Of a DNA stretch of 64,000 bases, positions 24,347 to 38,093 are shown one piece after another. The notes beneath the pieces are model-generated. The model saw only the letters and a list, made by a program, of their open reading frames with translations. It searched no databases and was not told the DNA's origin. This stretch comes from Botryllus schlosseri (taxonomy: Eukaryota), in contig CM119371.1 of the NCBI GenBank assembly GCA_051294905.1, positions 26,166,001 to 26,230,000 of the forward strand, in the 5' to 3' direction. Position 1 is the first letter of the stretch. Each line of letters begins with the position of its first letter. Both the position numbers and the translations under genes were made by a program.

Positions 24347-27022
24347 AAGTTTAGTACCGCCAACCATATTTTCAAATTCTTATCCCCATGCGTTACTGTA
24401 TAATCTATAGTGATAGTGTGGAAATGCCAGTTTGTACTTGAATATATACGACTAGCTCATCCCATCTCCTAGAAAACCAATAGACTACAATTTTCTTCAT
24501 ATTACATGTGACCAGTATGGAGTTATTCTGACGATAATACCCGTGTCTGTTTTAGGCTCAACCATCTTCTATGCAAAGGAGTTCGTGGTAACTGTAGAAA
24601 GATCAGTCATATTTTCGACTGACTCCTTCTACTGTGCATTAGCATATTTGTTTGTCGCTTTCTATGTGTTTAACGCAATATCTAAGAGCTACATTGGAGT
24701 TCATGCAGAGGTTAGCTCCGATAGAGTCAGGTCAATCCAAACAGCTTTGACTTGATGACTCGTTGTACATGCGTTTATAAATGTGTGTCTGTAATAAGCC
24801 TCGCTCACGTTCGTGACGATTTTAGATTAAGCGCGCCCTGTATAACAGCGAACAAAGTCACCACATATTAGTGTAGTTCTCGTGAAATGGCGCACACTGA
24901 CTATTATAGTACACAACATCCCCTTTTGCTCTCAGCCCCTCCCCCCAACCAACCAGCTTGTAGCTAGCGCACTGTTCAAGGTCGCTAACGCCTCAAGGGG
25001 GCCTGCAGCCCACTTTGGGAACCGCTGGCATATATAAACATGCCTTTTTATTGCTTGTCCTTTTCATTCTATCTTCTGGTACTTGTAATTCAGTGCGCGA
25101 CTGCGCGTGCCTCTGATTTACTTGTTCAACAAAGTGGGCGTTGTATTGAAGAATTGTTGCAAGTAGTTTCGACTCCGCCCGCCCTTACATTTTATACAGT
25201 CTTCTGGTGTTTTGACATGATGAAATAATCATTAGACTCAACTGAACTGAACCTCTAAATCCGTGGTAATGCCGGGGATGATTGAGAGCTATATATTCAG
25301 ACCAGTGGATTTTGCTCGGTCGGAAGTGCCCCCCTCCACGTCATGGGATATAACACTCTTCCGGATTGGCTGTGTCGGAATAATTCATGATCAATATTCT
25401 CTTCAAATTTTGTCTTCAAAACTAGGAATGTGGTTAGAGTCGGTGTAGTTGCGTGCGCCGCACAAAATCTTCGTGACCCACGGCCCCTATTGCTGTGGAG
25501 ATTTAGATTATGTTATATACTTATGTGAGCAAAGAAGTCGCCGTTGCTACTCGTGCAGAAGTAGGGTTAATGCAGTAATAACTTACTCATTTACAAGTAA
25601 AGTCAGCAATTTTCAAGATGTGTCAAAGCTACTTCAGTGTCAGTGGAAACAATGGTCTTTAAAGTATAGGCCTACTGGAGTGAGTAGTTTCAAATAGTAG
25701 ATTAAGTCGTGGTTCGCATAATTTTAAGGGTTAATCGGCGGTGGCTGCCCGCCAAATCGCATGATGTATCTTCGCGACCGACGCAACAACCTTGAAAGGT
25801 ATTTTCATTGACTGCGATAATGAGGCTTTGTCACGTAGTTTTTACCCCATTTAACTCATAAAAGCTATGTAAACTCAGTCAAAATCCACAATGTAAAAAA
25901 GGAGTATTTTGTCTGAAAATCTGCTCCATTAGAAATGGGAGTAGTCAAAAACAGGACCATCTGCGCAAGTAATGCAGGTACCCAAAACGTAGCCAGTATA
26001 TCGTAGAAGTAGGAGTATTTTGTTACCTATAGCATATTGGTTATATAATAATTTAATAGAGCTCTTATTCTTATAACAGGTTATTTGCTGTGATATCGGA
26101 CGACGGTTCGAAGTATTCTCAAAAAAAGAAAATGGGCGTGCATCCAAAAGTTTTGAAGCTTGTTATGCTCATCAGGAAAACTGAAGTCTGAGGATATTCA
26201 AGTAACGTACATGAAGACGACAATAAATGCTTTGACGCGGTATTATTGAGTTGTGATTACAAGTGGAGTCGCAGAAAGGCAGACGTGGTCAAAGTCAGAG
26301 CTGGTACGCAAGCAGCAGTAACAGTAACGCTTTTTACCCTGTGACAAGAGCAAGTGAGAATTTCCAATAGCTGTCAAAATTATCTCCAGTAGAAGTAGGA
26401 AATTAATAGCAGGAAAGTACTCAAAAAGTTATTTCAAAAGTAAATTTGGTTAATAGGTCACATAGTATTAGAAGTTAATCGGAGGTTCACGGCTACAAAT
26501 GCATAATGCATCTTGGCAGCTATCGACAAATGACCAATAATTCCACAGATAGACGCGTTTCGGTAAATATGTTCAGTTACAGTGATACAGGGGCTCTTTC
26601 CCGCACTTTTCATGACAATTTCACTCATAAGAATATTGTAAACATATCCCCAAACTACTCTCACCAAAGCGTGAAATGTAAACATTTTTGCCTTCAGTCA
26701 ATTTAGTAGAAGTTGGGACAGTTTAAGACCGTAAACACTCGAAAAAGTATTACAAGTAACCAAAACCTACTTGAGTATACTAAGAGTCGGAGTAATTCGT
26801 TACTAGCCACTTGAGTGGTCAGATATGTGAAGGCGTTGGATAGTGCTGGGGTGAAAGGTTATTTAAATCATTAGCAGAAATCAGATAACTGCGCGAGAAC
26901 AGTAAATTTACAAGCAATTCAGTAAAAGCACAGTAAGAAGGTTAAGTGAGGTAAAATATTCTATCTGCCGCCGATTTTGCCGTATGAATCACGTTATAAC
27001 GCATAGTGGGATGGGTTGTAAG

Positions 27023-28311
27023 CAGAGGTGGTCAGTAACGAAGTACTTTTACTTTTTCGAAGTACTCAAGTAGCTTTCCTCTACTTCTGGTACTTACTCA
27101 AGTAGATCTGACTTTCGCTACTTCTACTTCTTAATATTTTGTGATCTACTTACTTACTTACTTCGCTATTTTTAGTTTGTCAAGTAGAAGTAGTTCAATC
27201 TTTCAATCAGGAAGATAGCCTGAGGAATTTCGGAGCTGTTTTCACGGAGTATTAACATTTAATTTTCATACAAGTTTAGTAAAGCCCAGAATGTTCGTCG
27301 TGCTTCGCGCGCAGTGGATACGGAGTAACCAGTATGATTTCACGAAAGTATCGGTGAATATAATTTAGGTGGAGGGTTGGCGTGGCTCCGTTCACGCCAC
27401 ATTGTCGCCCTTCGCCCATATGAAATAATTCATCACAGTATATATGAATCATCATAACGTTTGAAACTGATGTTTCGCAATATAGCATTTTCTTGTCATA
27501 TCGTAATTTAGCATGTCCATGGCGTGTCCTAATCTGGAAGAGTGGACTTTGACTTTTTTTAGTTTTAGAGCTGTTTTAGCATACCACCTTTGAAACTTTC
27601 TGGACTAAAAACATGAAATACATATTCTGCTTTTAGAAGTAGTATTGATATTTCACTTTCAATTCCCAGTATCATATACTTTGAGTTATAATTAATATAA
27701 GTTCTTTTGTCTGGATAACATACATGTTGAAGTATAAAAGCAAATGCAGTAATGCCTTCAATTTATGGAAATACAGCTACGTAATATAGCATTTTTACAG
27801 TCCACCATATTTTTTATTAACGTTTAGTAATCGCGCAAAGTGTTTACACCGTATCCTATACAACTTCTCCGTATTGCTCTTCGACTAAACTACGGGCCTT
27901 ATAATATGAGGGATGACGCCATACCATGCTATTTTCCAAAACGTGCTGTTCGAGAAAACAGAGGATTAGCATCGCATTTCCTTATCAATACTATCATTTT
28001 CATCCCATGATGTGGGCGAATGCTTATGCTATCGAAAATTGGATACCTGCTGCTATGCATCAATATGAATCGAGCTCGTCACCTATCACATATAGCTCAA
28101 TTTGCACCTTTTTATAATCCATCCAATCAGGATCGTTTTCACAACTACTTACTTACTTGAGTACTTTTAAAGTCAGACAATTCTACTTCTACTTCAAGTA
28201 GTTTCAGGTTGCTTATGAAAGAAGTACTTCTACTTGTACTTGAGTAGATTTTTTTCGTCGCTACTTCTACTTCTACTTGAGTAGCTTTCTTGACTACTTT
28301 GACCACCTCTG
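27023..28311 (+). mobile_element. hAT MITE with TACTT/AAGTA subterminal repeats
   Basis: CAGAGGTGGTCA...TGACCACCTCTG. Perfect TSD GTTGTAAG. Degenerate relatives at ~22859, ~25540-26810, ~5580-6010 and ending at ~40549. Confidence 0.9.
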
Positions 28312-28743
28312 GTTGTAAGGCAGTTCCTGGCTGCGTGTATAGACTTTCTGATTTGTTTAGCTGCGAACTTATTTAAGAAAATGCTGATCCGTAATGAATA
28401 CCATGATTTTGGAGAAGAGTGTAAAAGGTACAGTTTTGACAATATGTATGCGCACAATGTTTCGAGAACTAGAGTCCGAATTGGGTGTTTGTTGCCACGA
28501 TTCGAGTACATGAGTAAGAGCAGAGGTCTCAAACACGCGGCCCGCGAGAGCATTTTGTGCGGCCCGCGACGGCATTTTGGAATTTCAAGTATTCAACAAT
28601 ATATTTAAGTGCCATATATATTTTTTTAGATATAAGAACTTAAAGTTCACGCTAAAACTACGATGAAAATCACTGAAATCTCAACAAACTTCACTATCTC
28701 ATCACTTGTAAAAGCTACCATGCGGTAGAAGATCAGCTATGAC

Positions 28744-29995
28744 CAGGCCTGTTTATTTTTGGATATTGGATTTTATTTTTGGAGATTCTCCAAAAATAAG
28801 ATTTGAAAACATCCAAAAATAAGATTTTTTTGGATGATGTTTTTCAGTAAAATAAACAAGTCAGAGCGATGTAAACGACCAGAAAACTCATAAAAACACA
28901 CAAAACAGCATCTATGTGAGGGAAGGGGTCACCGAAACGCTAAAACCACTTCCACTCAATCCACTTCACGTTTCTGCTGACCTTGCCTGCCCGCCCCTCC
29001 GCCTTTGTACTCCTATAAGTTTCACAGTGCGACATGTAGAGAAGACGGGAAGGCAGCTTGAGTGAGGCAAAGGGAACGGCGAAATCATATACAGCCACCT
29101 CTGTCACAATCACTTCGTCCACACGATGACGGGACTCATCTGCTGATGCTTCAGACGGCAACACAACTTGATCCAGAGTAGATGGAAAGCGTGCGCCCCA
29201 AGTTTGTTGACGCTCGTTTATTGTCAATGAAGAGGGTGGCCTCTTGGTTGACTGGAAACCGTACCAAACTCCTTGATGTTATGGACGAAAACAGTCCGGC
29301 GTGTGCAACTTCGCTGCTGTGGTCCATCTGATCGTTCTCGATGGCATGGTCACGCTCGCACATAGCTGAGCACCACCGTCACGAAGCTTCATGGTCTTGA
29401 CGTTCTGATCATGGAGCAGCAGGAGCTCATGCGCCTGGTCGAACGCCTGTGTCCAGGTGAGGACTGGGACGAGGACCGCCACAAGGAAGGTCAGAGGGTG
29501 TTGGGGTGTTGGGCTGTCAAGTTCAATGAGGCACGCATGGGATGAGGTTTCAAGCGCATTACTGACGAGCGCTTTTCAGGAGCAAAGGCTTGGAACATTG
29601 GAAAGTTTAAAGAGTTAGACATTCCTCCATTTTTGGACCCCTAACCTCGATGTTTCCCACAATTGCGACGTTCGAGGCCGATATCTCAAAAATCAAGAAG
29701 GAGGGGGGGGGCGTCTCGCAGTGATTAATATTCTTTAGAAGGCATCCTCCAGGCCAAATACTAAATTTGTGAAGAATGTATTGGAAAGTTAGATCAAGAT
29801 CACTGATGATGCCTATGTGTTGGAGGACTTGAATACATGATAATAACATACTTTTGGTGGATTTTTTCAGTAGTATTAGGGCTCAAAACACCTTCAATTC
29901 TTATTTTTGGAGATCCTCCAAAAATAAAATTTGAAAACATCCAAAAATAAGCTATTTTTGTTATTTTTGGAGAAATCCAAAAATAAACAGGCCTG
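28744..29995. mobile_element. hAT-type element with TCCAAAAATAA subterminal repeats and a GC-rich interior
   Basis: CAGGCCTGTTTATTTTTGGA...TCCAAAAATAAACAGGCCTG. Perfect TSD GCTATGAC. Confidence 0.9.
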
Positions 29996-30297
29996 GCTAT
30001 GACCCGTTGATGATTCGTGACTCAAAATTGTGATTTGGTTTTGTGCGAACTTCTCGTAAAATGACTCGATTTCGGATTGACTGGGTGATCAAATAAAAAT
30101 GACTCGAGTCAAACGGTAAAATCAGAGAAGTACTTGCGACTTGGAACGGTGACTTGGTAATCCTATGGACGCAACAATCTATGAAACTGTCATGTGGAAT
30201 AGTAATACATCAAAAATCGTAGCATGCGTTGCGTAGGTTATACAGCTATCTAATCAGGTCAGTATGGCAACGATTGGTATTCTGTGACCCCCGTGAC

Positions 30298-30494
30298 CAA
30301 TGTTCCCTCTAAGCTGCGCACGTGCGCCAATGCGCAGTGCTGACACGGTCTCTGCGCACAGAAAATCTAAGTAGCGCACAAAAAATCCGAAGTGATGACC
30401 TTTTTTAGTCTTTACGCACTCTGTTGTCCAAGGGCCTGCGCAGTGAGTTGGTGAGTGTGCGCAGCCGCGTCAAAAATTAGAGGGAACAGTATTG
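30298..30494 (+). mobile_element. MITE (CAATGTTCCCTCTAAG family)
   Basis: TSD CCCGTGAC. Homologous to 9712-10524 and partly to ~40700-40815. Confidence 0.85.
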
Positions 30495-31714
30495 CCCGTG
30501 ACGTATATTTAGTTACATGCGGGGTGTCGTTTGTTCTCTTTATCCATGATATTATCGGTGGCGAGGAAGATAGTAGTACGCTCTACAGCGGTAACACCAA
30601 TGAATTCTTCGCCGATTGGACATTTCTATTCTAGGGGTTCTTAACCAGGGTCCGTAGACCCATCGGCGTACGAAGCACCACATCAGGGTGTACGAGATGC
30701 AATGTGGAATTAGGCGTATATGCTGTGGAATATATGTTCTTGGTCGATTTATTCAACTGGAAAATAGTCTTCGCGCTACGCGCGATTTTATGCGGATGGG
30801 CTTTCAGATTTTAATATAGGTACCATCAGAAATTGTGTTGAAAATGGAGAGGGGCTACGAGAAATCCTATTGGTTTTGGAAGCACAAGGGGTACGATCGC
30901 TGAAAAGGTCAAGAAGTAATGCTATTACTATGGCTCAATAATGATTATATTTCAGTTGTTATTGATATGTTCCAATAATAATCGAAGGCAAAATCGAACG
31001 CTGGTTTAATTTGACTTTGGCAATGACTGTAGCAATAGCCTATATCCTTATCACGACTTTATCAAAACCAGGATTAGGCTACACCGTTTAAATGCACTGA
31101 TATCAGATCAATCTTCAGTGGATTTCAAAAATTGTGGCACGTCAAAATTCCAATAGCTGCATATATCCCGACAGTTTTACGATGTCATGATGCATCCTCT
31201 CGCATGATGTCTATAACTCATTTAACAAAATTACGTCCGGCACAAAAACAATTTTACTGGAATATTTGAAAATGCGATTTTTTTCGTGTCAAGCGTGAAT
31301 AGTACAACAGTAAATTACATTTCCACGATGTTTGTGGAATGCCTGTCGGCAAGGTCCCTCAAATAAGGCCTACCTGGGAATGATACATTGAATATCCCTA
31401 TTATTGATGATGCGGCCTGCGGCGTCATCAAAAACTAGGAAATTGGCCCACGAGCACATTTGAGTTTGAGAGCTCTGAGTAAGAGGCTATTTTCCGACTA
31501 CCGAAATTATACGCCTTTCACAGAGTTACATTATCGCCAAATAATGTAGTTCTGATACTTTTCTCCCAACACAACATCTAATCTTGTGATCAACCCGCAG
31601 CATTGTAACAAAGTACAAAGAAATCGGTAGCCTACGTGATTTAATTATGGCTGTCAATATTTTCTTTCTGGTCGGATAACAGGAACATATTTTGACTTTC
31701 GGCATCATCCAGAC

Positions 31715-32099
31715 CAGTGGTTCCCAACCTTTTTCGACTCATCGCCCCCTTATCAAGCCCGACGCAAATTTTTGACCCCCGTCTCCCCATATTTTCGGAA
31801 CCGAAAAATACGACATGTAAACGGGAAACTTTACACAACTAAACTCTGATCGTTGGTGACTTGACTAAAAAGGGTCATTTTTTCGACAGCATTGGAGTTG
31901 AACTTTTTTTAGTAATCTTTCGAGGCAGATCAAGATCAACCGGAATTTCACGTGCATTTCGTGCCGATTGGTTGAATATCGCCGTTCTAACATTTTCACC
32001 CCTCCCTATGGCTTCCTTCGAACGCTCTCGCTCCAATCGTTCATTCGTTTCTCAAAATCGCTCACTAGGGGACGATATCACCCAAGTTAAGAACAGTTG
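31715..32099 (+). mobile_element. hAT MITE (CAGTGGTTCCCAACC family)
   Basis: Perfect TSD ATCCAGAC. The first ~35 bp match the start of 51799-53014. Confidence 0.85.
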
Positions 32100-32139
32100 A
32101 TCCAGACTGCTGTGGTGTCATATGGAGTGATAGTCAACT

Positions 32140-32693
32140 TGACGCTCAATATTCGTTTCATGATCGAAGCACTCAGCTATAGTGGACTTTGTCCAGTATT
32201 TTCGACCGCTTGTATGCTAGTCTCCGCAAATCACAACTCATCAATTTTAACCCAGATATTACTGCACCTACATGTCTTAATAACAACTTCTAAATTGCGA
32301 TATCAAATATGCCGGACCTGATGTGTGGAACAGTATCCCGCCGGCCATCCGACAGTCGACGAGCATGTCCACATTCAAGTCGAAATACAAGCAATTACTA
32401 CTAAATAAATACAGTCCATCCTCAAGATTACCGGACCACGACTGACCTATCGATCTCGCTTCCCATGACATGCCGCCTTATTTCTTGTCGCTTTCTTTTT
32501 CTATACTGTATTTTTTACTTTCATTCAGTGTGCATGCCTCCTCTTTACTACGCCTAGGCCAAGGTGGGTGTCCGATTCCATTGACAAATCCAAGTCGCTT
32601 CGACATCTTCCTGTCTATTCATTGTATCGCATTTTTTGTGGTGTATTGAACTGATAAAATTGCTAATAAACCAATGATGATGATGATGATGAT
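32140..32693 (+). mobile_element. 5'-truncated L2/CR1-group LINE 3' end with (ATG)n tail
   Basis: Translates to KYAGPDVWNSIPPAIRQSTSMSTFKSKYKQLLL, the W-N-x-[LI]-P...FK motif typical of the ORF2 C-terminus. Then AATAAA and (ATG)n at ~32664-32693. Confidence 0.75.
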
Positions 32694-35586
32694 ATCATAG
32701 AAGTCCTGCACTGCGGTTGGAATATTATTCGGATTTTCAAGGGACGCGTGCTTCGCAAGGATACCAATCACTGAAAAATCGACGGTACACGACTTCAGCG
32801 GTGGTCAAAGTAGTCAGGAATGATTATGTAACACCATCACTCAGTGACACGCGAAAAAGTTTTTAGTGGCCCGGGAAGTATTTCCCGAAATTAGTTATAA
32901 TATCAAAAAATAAATTTCCCAGCAGGTAGTTTAATGTGAACTTGCAAGGCCAAACAAATATTCGATCACCCTTACCGCGAAATTTGGGATGCTAATGACT
33001 AAATATCAGTTCCGACGCATTGTCGTAGCCAGCGGTCAGCCACATTTTCGTAGATCTTCGTATATGAACATAAAGTAGAATATTTCGTGAAAGATTTAGA
33101 TGACGCACAGTATTTTTATAGACGATTTATTGTCACCCGATTTCTTTCATTTTGTATTGGTGCCCATCCTGAAAATTAAAATTGCACCGGTTCACAGAAT
33201 TGAGTCTGACTATTCGCAATTATGAGAGAACGTGTCACCCCATGCATGTAGCTTCGCGTCTACACTTGCAGACAGATCGTCGGCGATGAAAGCTGATTGC
33301 ACGAAATGATAGACGCATCTTCGCCGAAATCTTCGATATTTATATGTCAAAGCGCCGGATAATCCTGTCCTTGCCCAATGAGCCAGGCGACATACAGAAG
33401 CGACCCGAAATATATGCAAGTGACATTATTATTATTGCCGGAATTCATTCATCAACTTTGAATAATTTTCCGGGTTAGCACAGTAACTTTTCATGACATA
33501 ATTGTTATTGATTTTGATGTGTACAAATACAAGTATTGTTTCCACCGCTACCTAATCCGATTCACTCCTATCGGAAGATTGGAAAGAGGTCATCAACATT
33601 CAAGTTGCCCGCGCAATAATTCGTAAATGTCATGTGGCCATTTGGCCGAAAGGGTTGGCCACCCCTGTCGTACACCGACATCGTGCAACGTTGATTTGGT
33701 TATTGCTAGTCGGTTTATCTTGAGTTATTAGAAATATCTCAATTGCTCCACTACCTGTGCCCCCAGCAGCTCAATAGTTTAAAGCTATTTACTATAGTCT
33801 TGCTGTTGTGGATACATCGTAATTTTATGAATGCGATGCCTTCGACATTCTCAAGAGTCTCACTTAAGTATATTAAACCTGACATGAAGTCGATGATGAC
33901 GATTGAACTCTATGACCTGGACTCGGAATCAATCATCCCGTTGGATCCGACTTGAATGGGTGGAGAATTCAAAATGCCTCGAAATATAATTATAGAAGTA
34001 AAATTGCCTTGTGAATCGGGACTTGGTCGCTAAAAGATTTGCGTTTATCATAAAATGCAAAACGTTCTAAATCACCACTACCCAGATATATTTCATGATT
34101 TTATTTTAGTCACAGGAATAGACACAATAACTTTGTGCGCCAGAAACTGTAAAAACGATCGATAAATAGGTATTCTACTCATTGTAAACGAAATTGACAC
34201 ATATGCACATCGCGGACAGTGAAAGAGCAAAAATACTGAAGAAGACAAAATAAGATTTCCTGAACTGCGAGAAAATTGGCAATAATATAAGATAAGACAT
34301 GAATTCAAGTTACTAACGGTACCATGCATGGATTCGAAAATGTAGAACTGTGTGAAAATGTGAAACTGAAGCTGATGCCCGGACATAACAGGAATAAGGT
34401 CCTTCTACAGTGGAATTGCAGTACGTCATTAGCAGATCCCTGCTCTTCACTTGCAATTCCAGATAACTACTTTAAACGATTCTAATGCTGGGAAAATGAG
34501 TAACAAAGTGTATCGATTCGGAGCAGAGTATTAGGCATTGATTTAGAGTCGAGTATTCGAGCAACACCCCAGATTACGTAATAACAATAAAACGACTTCG
34601 AAAGTTAAAATATATGTTTCAATTTTGAGGCCACAAGGAAAACGATGCCAGGTATTCTGTATCCAATCTGGTTTTTATGGTATAGAACTTGAACACAGCT
34701 TTTAGATTTCAGCAGTACGTTCATATTTACATTTACAGACCCGAAGAACTTTACGCAAACCACTCCTTTACGTTGTTTGGGCAGACCTTCTTCACGCGCG
34801 AGGCGCATATCAAACATCTTAGTTTTAAAAGAGGCATAACAAAAAAATTCAAAGATACTATTTCATCACGTCACAATGATATGGGGGATATCGAATGAAA
34901 ATCGTTATTGTGTGGTGATACAGTGCGTCTCCACATGGACTGCAAGGTGTTTGAAATCAAGCTCACATGTCGTTAAGGCACCATGGAGCGGTTCCGACAA
35001 GTGCTACCGAGCATTTAAGAGGAAGACTTCAGCTCAGTAATGTTATTAATCCCTAAAACGTATATGTGAACTCGATTAGACAGTTCAAATGAAAGTTCTA
35101 ACCCTGTGTTGCCACCCTCCCCAATAATTTTTACAAGTGTTACGAAAATCACAAAGAGAGAAACAACACGGAAACAATAAACATATTGTTAGTACGTGAT
35201 ATGATGTATCAATTTATAATTAGGTTAAATCTCTCTAGCAAAATGACAAAATGCAATTGCAATCATTTAAGAGTCGCAACAAAAGGCAAAAAGAGCCGCA
35301 TGCGGCTCGCAACACGCAGTTTGCCCACCCTGGTAGAGTATACACGCTGTATTGTTGCTATAGTTGAGTTTCCATTCGTGCGATTTATAAATTCTCATTA
35401 TTGAGTCACAAGCCACCATGTGGTTTTGAATGTAACCATGTTCTATGTCCTTTATTGGGCCGGTAACCACCGATAAGAGGCATGCGAAAATTTCTTTTAG
35501 TCAATAAACGATAATATGAAAGTACTGTAGAAATCTGGTTTTGTACATCTTGACTATAGCTAGCGTTGTGCCACCGTTGTGAGGGT

Positions 35587-36436
35587 CAGTGTTTGGATCA
35601 AGTCATTACCTTCGAGTCACGAGTCATTTCGATTCATGACACATTTTGATTAGGGTCAAGTCAAGTCAATCGATTTCCGAAGGTGACTCGAGTCAAGTCA
35701 AGTTGCCTTTTCGAAGTATGAGGCATGATTACGTCAATGCATTATGCTCGCTGTTTGAAAAACAGCTTGAGTGGTGATTGATTTTAAACCGACGAATGAA
35801 TATAGAGTTCAATATGCACACAAGAAGGCGCTGTATTGCTCACATATACGCAGAACTGCTAAACTACGTAAGTAATTACATAATGCATAGCCTCAGTTTA
35901 TAGTTACCAGCCAAAATAAAGAACGGAGAAATGAGTTGATGAGATGCAATGTATTACCCATTTACAAATTGATATGATACAATTCGAACCTGCACCAATC
36001 GTTGAGGACTATAAATTATATTCCGAATTCAATTTCAATATAACAAGAGGTTTGGTTAAAGTAAGAACAGAGAACATAAATATACATTTTGCTATTAAAT
36101 TACTTCACTATACTAGTTTACGACAACGTAAGCTGTAAGCTTCGTTCACTTCGTTTGCGATCAATTTATTTCTGAAAGAACAACGAAGGTTCAGTAAAAA
36201 GCACGGTCATTGAATGATAGGTCGGTCTCACGGGTTGCACCAGCGTTTCGCGAACAATCCGAACATATGCAAGATACAGTGATTTTACCGACACCGATTA
36301 CTTGATGACTTGTAATTGACTCGTGAATTTTGCTCCGAGTCACGAGTCAATTCACATTTCTGATACGCCGAGTCAAGTCAAGTCATTTTAGCAAAGTGAC
36401 TTGAGTCAAGTCATGACTCGATCTATCCCAACACTG
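35587..36436. mobile_element. hAT MITE with GAGTC/AAGTC subterminal repeats
   Basis: CAGTGTTTGGAT...ATCCCAACACTG. Perfect TSD GTGAGGGT. Confidence 0.9.
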
Positions 36437-36666
36437 GTGAGGGTCAATCATCAATTGACAGAAATAAGGTTCCATGGATATGTGTAGCAATATGTTTGTC
36501 GTCGATTAAACTGCGACCGTTGTGTCGAAGCTCCAATGGTGGAAATATAGTATTCAAACTATAAAATCGGTTCAGTTATTCGTGGCGAAAGGTTACATTT
36601 TCTACTCTCACGATGCGACTCGAATATGTACGACTGATAGTCCGCTCTGATCCGAATACTCTGATC

Positions 36667-36933
36667 CAGTGGTTCTCAAACTGGAGGGGGCTTGAAAGCA
36701 TCTGAAGGGGGAGGGGAGCGATTTACCCCCAGCTCATGGTTTGTGCTCTGTCTATTTTCCGAATTTAAAATTTGACAATTTTTCATCAACAGCCATAACT
36801 TTTAACGCCATTAAACTATCCGTTAAGATTGCTAGAATTCTGGTTGCATTTTGTGATATAACGATAACCAAGAACGGGAAATAATTCACTATCATACAGG
36901 GCGGCGTGTACAAAAAAAGTTTAAGAGCCGCTG
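36667..36933 (+). mobile_element. ~300-bp hAT MITE (CAGTGGTTCTCAAAC family)
   Basis: Homology to 12795-13086. TSD CTCTGATC/CTCTAGTC. Confidence 0.75.
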
Positions 36934-36984
36934 CTCTAGTCGTTGTGACCAGTAAGCCCTACACAGTACATTAAAATTACGACG

Positions 36985-37171
36985 TTAGACATTACAAGAT
37001 GTGACCGCAGACGGTCTGCATACAATACAGTCTTTCAAATCAGCGATGCACTCGGAGCAGTACGCTGGCGGGTGCGTGCAAGCTACGAACGACTCGTTCG
37101 TGGCCATCCGTGAACGACATTTGATGCACACATAGTTTTTACGGTCCTCCTCATCTTCCGATCCGTTCAAT
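36985..37171 (-). CDS. Putative terminal exon encoding a C-terminal C3HC4 RING finger
   Basis: CIKC-x12-CTH-x4-CSEC-x6-CIVCR, then a stop. Preceded on the minus strand by the pyrimidine-rich acceptor CTCTTTTACACCAG. Confidence 0.7.
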
Positions 37172-37689
37172 CTGGTGTAAAAGAGATGATTTGATGTATA
37201 AACGAACCGACAGATTGTTGACGAATCGCAATTAAACTGTTTCTAATTATGTTTCATACGAACTCGTTTGAATAAAACGTTATTAGATAAATTTCTACGT
37301 CCCATCAAACAGCATTAAATATCTTTTAAATCTCCAACATATATGACGAACTAATATGAAACGTACACTGTGATGTTATATGTAGCCCATTGATAATGGA
37401 TTCGCCTCATACACTGTAGTCGAAAATGCATTTCGGACTGGAATCCGGCCGAAGGACCAATCGACAGCCAATATACGTTGTCGGTTTGTACCTATGTACA
37501 GATACCATACGTTTGTAGCCATACGTCAAGTTGAGTGCTACCCAACCATGCATGAATTATTCACTATGGAGAAAAGGAGCAGAAGGGAGTAATTTCATAA
37601 AATCTTTAAAATCTTTACCACATGTCTTGTTTGTTTTATTCACTACATTGTCGCTTATCGCCTATGAGGTTATTTGCGCCCAGCACGGT

Positions 37690-37925
37690 AATTGCATTAA
37701 CTGACACAATGTCTTTTGCAGCCTTGCTTCGTTTTTCTAGTCTTTAGCTGCCATCTTTCCAGAGTTCGGCTCTCTCTTCTCCTAGGCTACTCAAGGCGCT
37801 GTATTTACAGCGGGATCGGCCCAGATAAACCTCCGACACATAGAAACATGGCAGAGCCGAGCATAGAACCAGTAACCAATGGCGTCGTGGCTGCAATGTT
37901 TAACCAACTCATGCGCCACCGCGGC
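37690..37925 (-). mobile_element. Degenerate tRNA-derived SINE
   Basis: Minus strand has a GTGGCGCATGAGTTGGTTAA head and the TGTCGGAGGTTTATCTGGGC core. Boundaries approximate. Confidence 0.45.
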
Positions 37926-38018
37926 CACCCACTTGTAATTGTGTTTCAGGTCATTTCAAATCGGCTGATTTCGACTTCGACTGGAGTGATGGTTTAGATA
38001 AGCCAAACTAAAACTGAC

Positions 38019-38093
38019 TTGATCGATAATTTTTCTATGCCGTCGGCTGCGCGGAGTAAGCGGTCGGTCACTGATCCCGTTTTTACAGGCGAT
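38019..38093 (-). CDS. Putative 75-nt internal exon of the RING gene
   Basis: Acceptor ACACTTCAG and donor AA|GTCAGT. The phase 2/2 frame SPVKTGSVTDRLLRAADGIEKLSIK joins in frame to LNGSEDEED of the RING exon. Confidence 0.45.

Larger units (their letters stand above)
20914..24710 (+). pseudogene. Disabled SAMD3-like gene (SAM-like N-terminus plus SAMD3-like C-terminal region)
   Basis: ATG at 20914, then ...ARLH*LGVYSVEQARLLSEKDL...PARMLIAGFRK with an in-frame stop. Next FQVPW...IVSKYP...LFYRVQNVNR, a frameshift, and YGCINWSP...TYPLQRSKIN...RWPLLF. An exon LLCAYFDE...LFKPM ends in GTAAG (~22837). An exon at ~24556-24710 reads ALAYLFVAFYVFN / ATLEFMQR|GT with a frameshift. Family assignment is by motif recognition only. 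Confidence 0.7.
28521..31477. mobile_element. hAT (Charlie-type) MITE with nested insertions
   Basis: CAGAGGTCTCAAAC...GTTTGAGAGCTCTG. Perfect TSD AGTAAGAG. Confidence 0.85.

Noticed and set aside
33740..35010. Coding-like unique sequence
   Set aside because: Frames are broken by many stops and I recognise no family. A translated search would be needed.
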